Source of the DNA: a virus
Taxonomy: Duplodnaviria; Heunggongvirae; Uroviricota; Caudoviricetes
Length of the DNA stretch: 64,000 bases
Strand: one strand, 5' to 3'
Virus record (IMG/VR): IMGVR_UViG_3300044673_000278
Span: 187,694-251,693 of that record
The position numbers were made by a program, and so were the translations under genes. The notes beneath the pieces are model-generated. The model saw nothing but the letters and a program-made list of their open reading frames with translations. It was not told the DNA's origin and searched no databases. This document shows, piece after piece, positions 63,068 to 64,000 of the stretch (positions within the stretch are counted from its first letter, which is position 1; each line of letters starts with the position of its first letter).

Positions 63068-63642
63068 GTATATTGATTATGTCCCGACACAACTCTGTTA
63101 CCTTTTAACGAGCACGAGCGAGAACAATATACTTTGGTATACTTTGATGATTTATCCTTGCCAAAGATGTTACCGCAGCAAGCACATGTATACTCAAATT
63201 TTGGTTTGTATTCATCGTAAAGTGACTTATAGTTTTTAGTATAAGTGGACTTCACATAGTTGAATTCTTCTTGTAAATCATCGGCTCTTAATACCACAAC
63301 TTCGTATCCGTTGTTGTTTGCTATTAAAGTCTTTGCATCAACTTTGGCTTGATCTTCAAAGCCCTTTATTTCAATAATCTTGTTGTTCTGAACAAAGTCG
63401 GGAAAATATTTTTTTCCGTTGAACTCTAAGAATCCTTCAAATCGATTAAAGTCTAGGCCATGATCAAGTTGGTATATGACCCAGCACAACTCATATGTTG
63501 ATCCGCAATAGATACCTTTGTAGTATCCTGTTTTTGCTCTGCCTGAACCGGGACGGTAACCTCCTTTTGAAGCTTTACCGCCACAAGTTCTAGAGCAATA
63601 TTTGTTTTTAGCATCTTTACCACAAACAATACATGAGTTCAT
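63025..63642 (-). CDS. Homing-endonuclease-like protein (Zn finger plus PD-(D/E)xK motif)
   Basis: Start set to MNSCIVCGK (ATG at 63642, AAGGA SD). FPDFVQNNKIIEIKG is a PD-(D/E)xK-like motif. Its 3' end overlaps tRNA-Glu. Confidence 0.5.
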   Translation of the reverse strand: MNSCIVCGKDAKNKYCSRTCGGKASKGGYRPGSGRAKTGYYKGIYCGSTYELCWVIYQLDHGLDFNRFEGFLEFNGKKYFPDFVQNNKIIEIKGFEDQAKVDAKTLIANNNGYEVVVLRADDLQEEFNYVKSTYTKNYKSLYDEYKPKFEYTCACCGNIFGKDKSSKYTKVYCSRSCSLKGNRVVSGHNQYTHREAAGVAASPSN

Positions 63643-63931
63643 ATTAAGTTCCTTTGTATTATTTATGACGACCTTGATTTTTATTGACCTCACCAGAAGT
63701 CTAATGCGACATGTTGAATTTGAGAGTAGTGCCACCCTGTTATAGGCACCATTCACCCGATTTAACAAGTCCGGACGGGATTCGGTACGTCACTTGGGAT
63801 TCATCCAGCGTGGTAACCATGCTACACCGATCTTCCGATCGGCCGGGAGTCGAACCCGCTTGCCTTCTATTACTCAGTACCTTCGAAGAATACTGCATAA
63901 CGTGACTTCACTTGCTGACACTCTCAAAACT

Positions 63932-64000
63932 TGGCGGTCTTAGGGGGTAACGATCCCCTTCTTCGAGCGTGACAAGCCGTCGTGCGTCCATGAACACTTT
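63932..64000 (-). tRNA. tRNA, 3' portion only (truncated by the window end)
   Basis: 3' end ...AGGGG-ATCGTTA-CCCCT-AAGACCG-CCA. The 5' half lies beyond 64000. Confidence 0.3.

Overview
This window is a 64-kb segment of a large tailed-phage genome of the T4-like/jumbo kind, with four recognisable blocks. (1) 1-7070 (+): tail-fibre and structural genes; the first gene is 5'-truncated by the window edge. (2) ~7.4-32.3 kb: a ~25-kb glycan or sugar-nucleotide modification island with glycosyltransferase-like proteins, five paralogous radical-SAM enzymes, four paralogous GT-B-like proteins, a GDP-mannose 3,5-epimerase-like enzyme, a carbamoyltransferase, a pentein-fold amidinotransferase-like enzyme, a DegT-type aminotransferase, an NDP-sugar dehydratase/epimerase, GDSL hydrolases and a 1004-aa tandem-repeat protein. 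(3) 32.4-53.6 kb, mostly minus strand: ThyX, an SPFH lipoprotein, a VWA/metallopeptidase + MoxR-ATPase pair, many small early-type genes each with a near-consensus sigma70 promoter and intrinsic terminator, a tRNA-repair-like module (RNA ligase, Pnk-like kinase, metallophosphoesterase, Cys-phosphatase, HD hydrolase) and two PP-loop ATPase paralogs. (4) 53.6-64 kb: a very large minus-strand tRNA array with at least 31 hand-parsed tRNAs, several duplicated or atypical, interspersed with HNH and PD-(D/E)xK homing-endonuclease-like genes, pseudo-tRNA remnants, two copies of a ~150-nt tRNA-like element and a 1.7-kb ORF-free repeat-bearing region. All calls were made by eye from the sequence and ORF track; tRNA coordinates and anticodons are hand-parsed and should be verified with tRNAscan-SE or ARAGORN.
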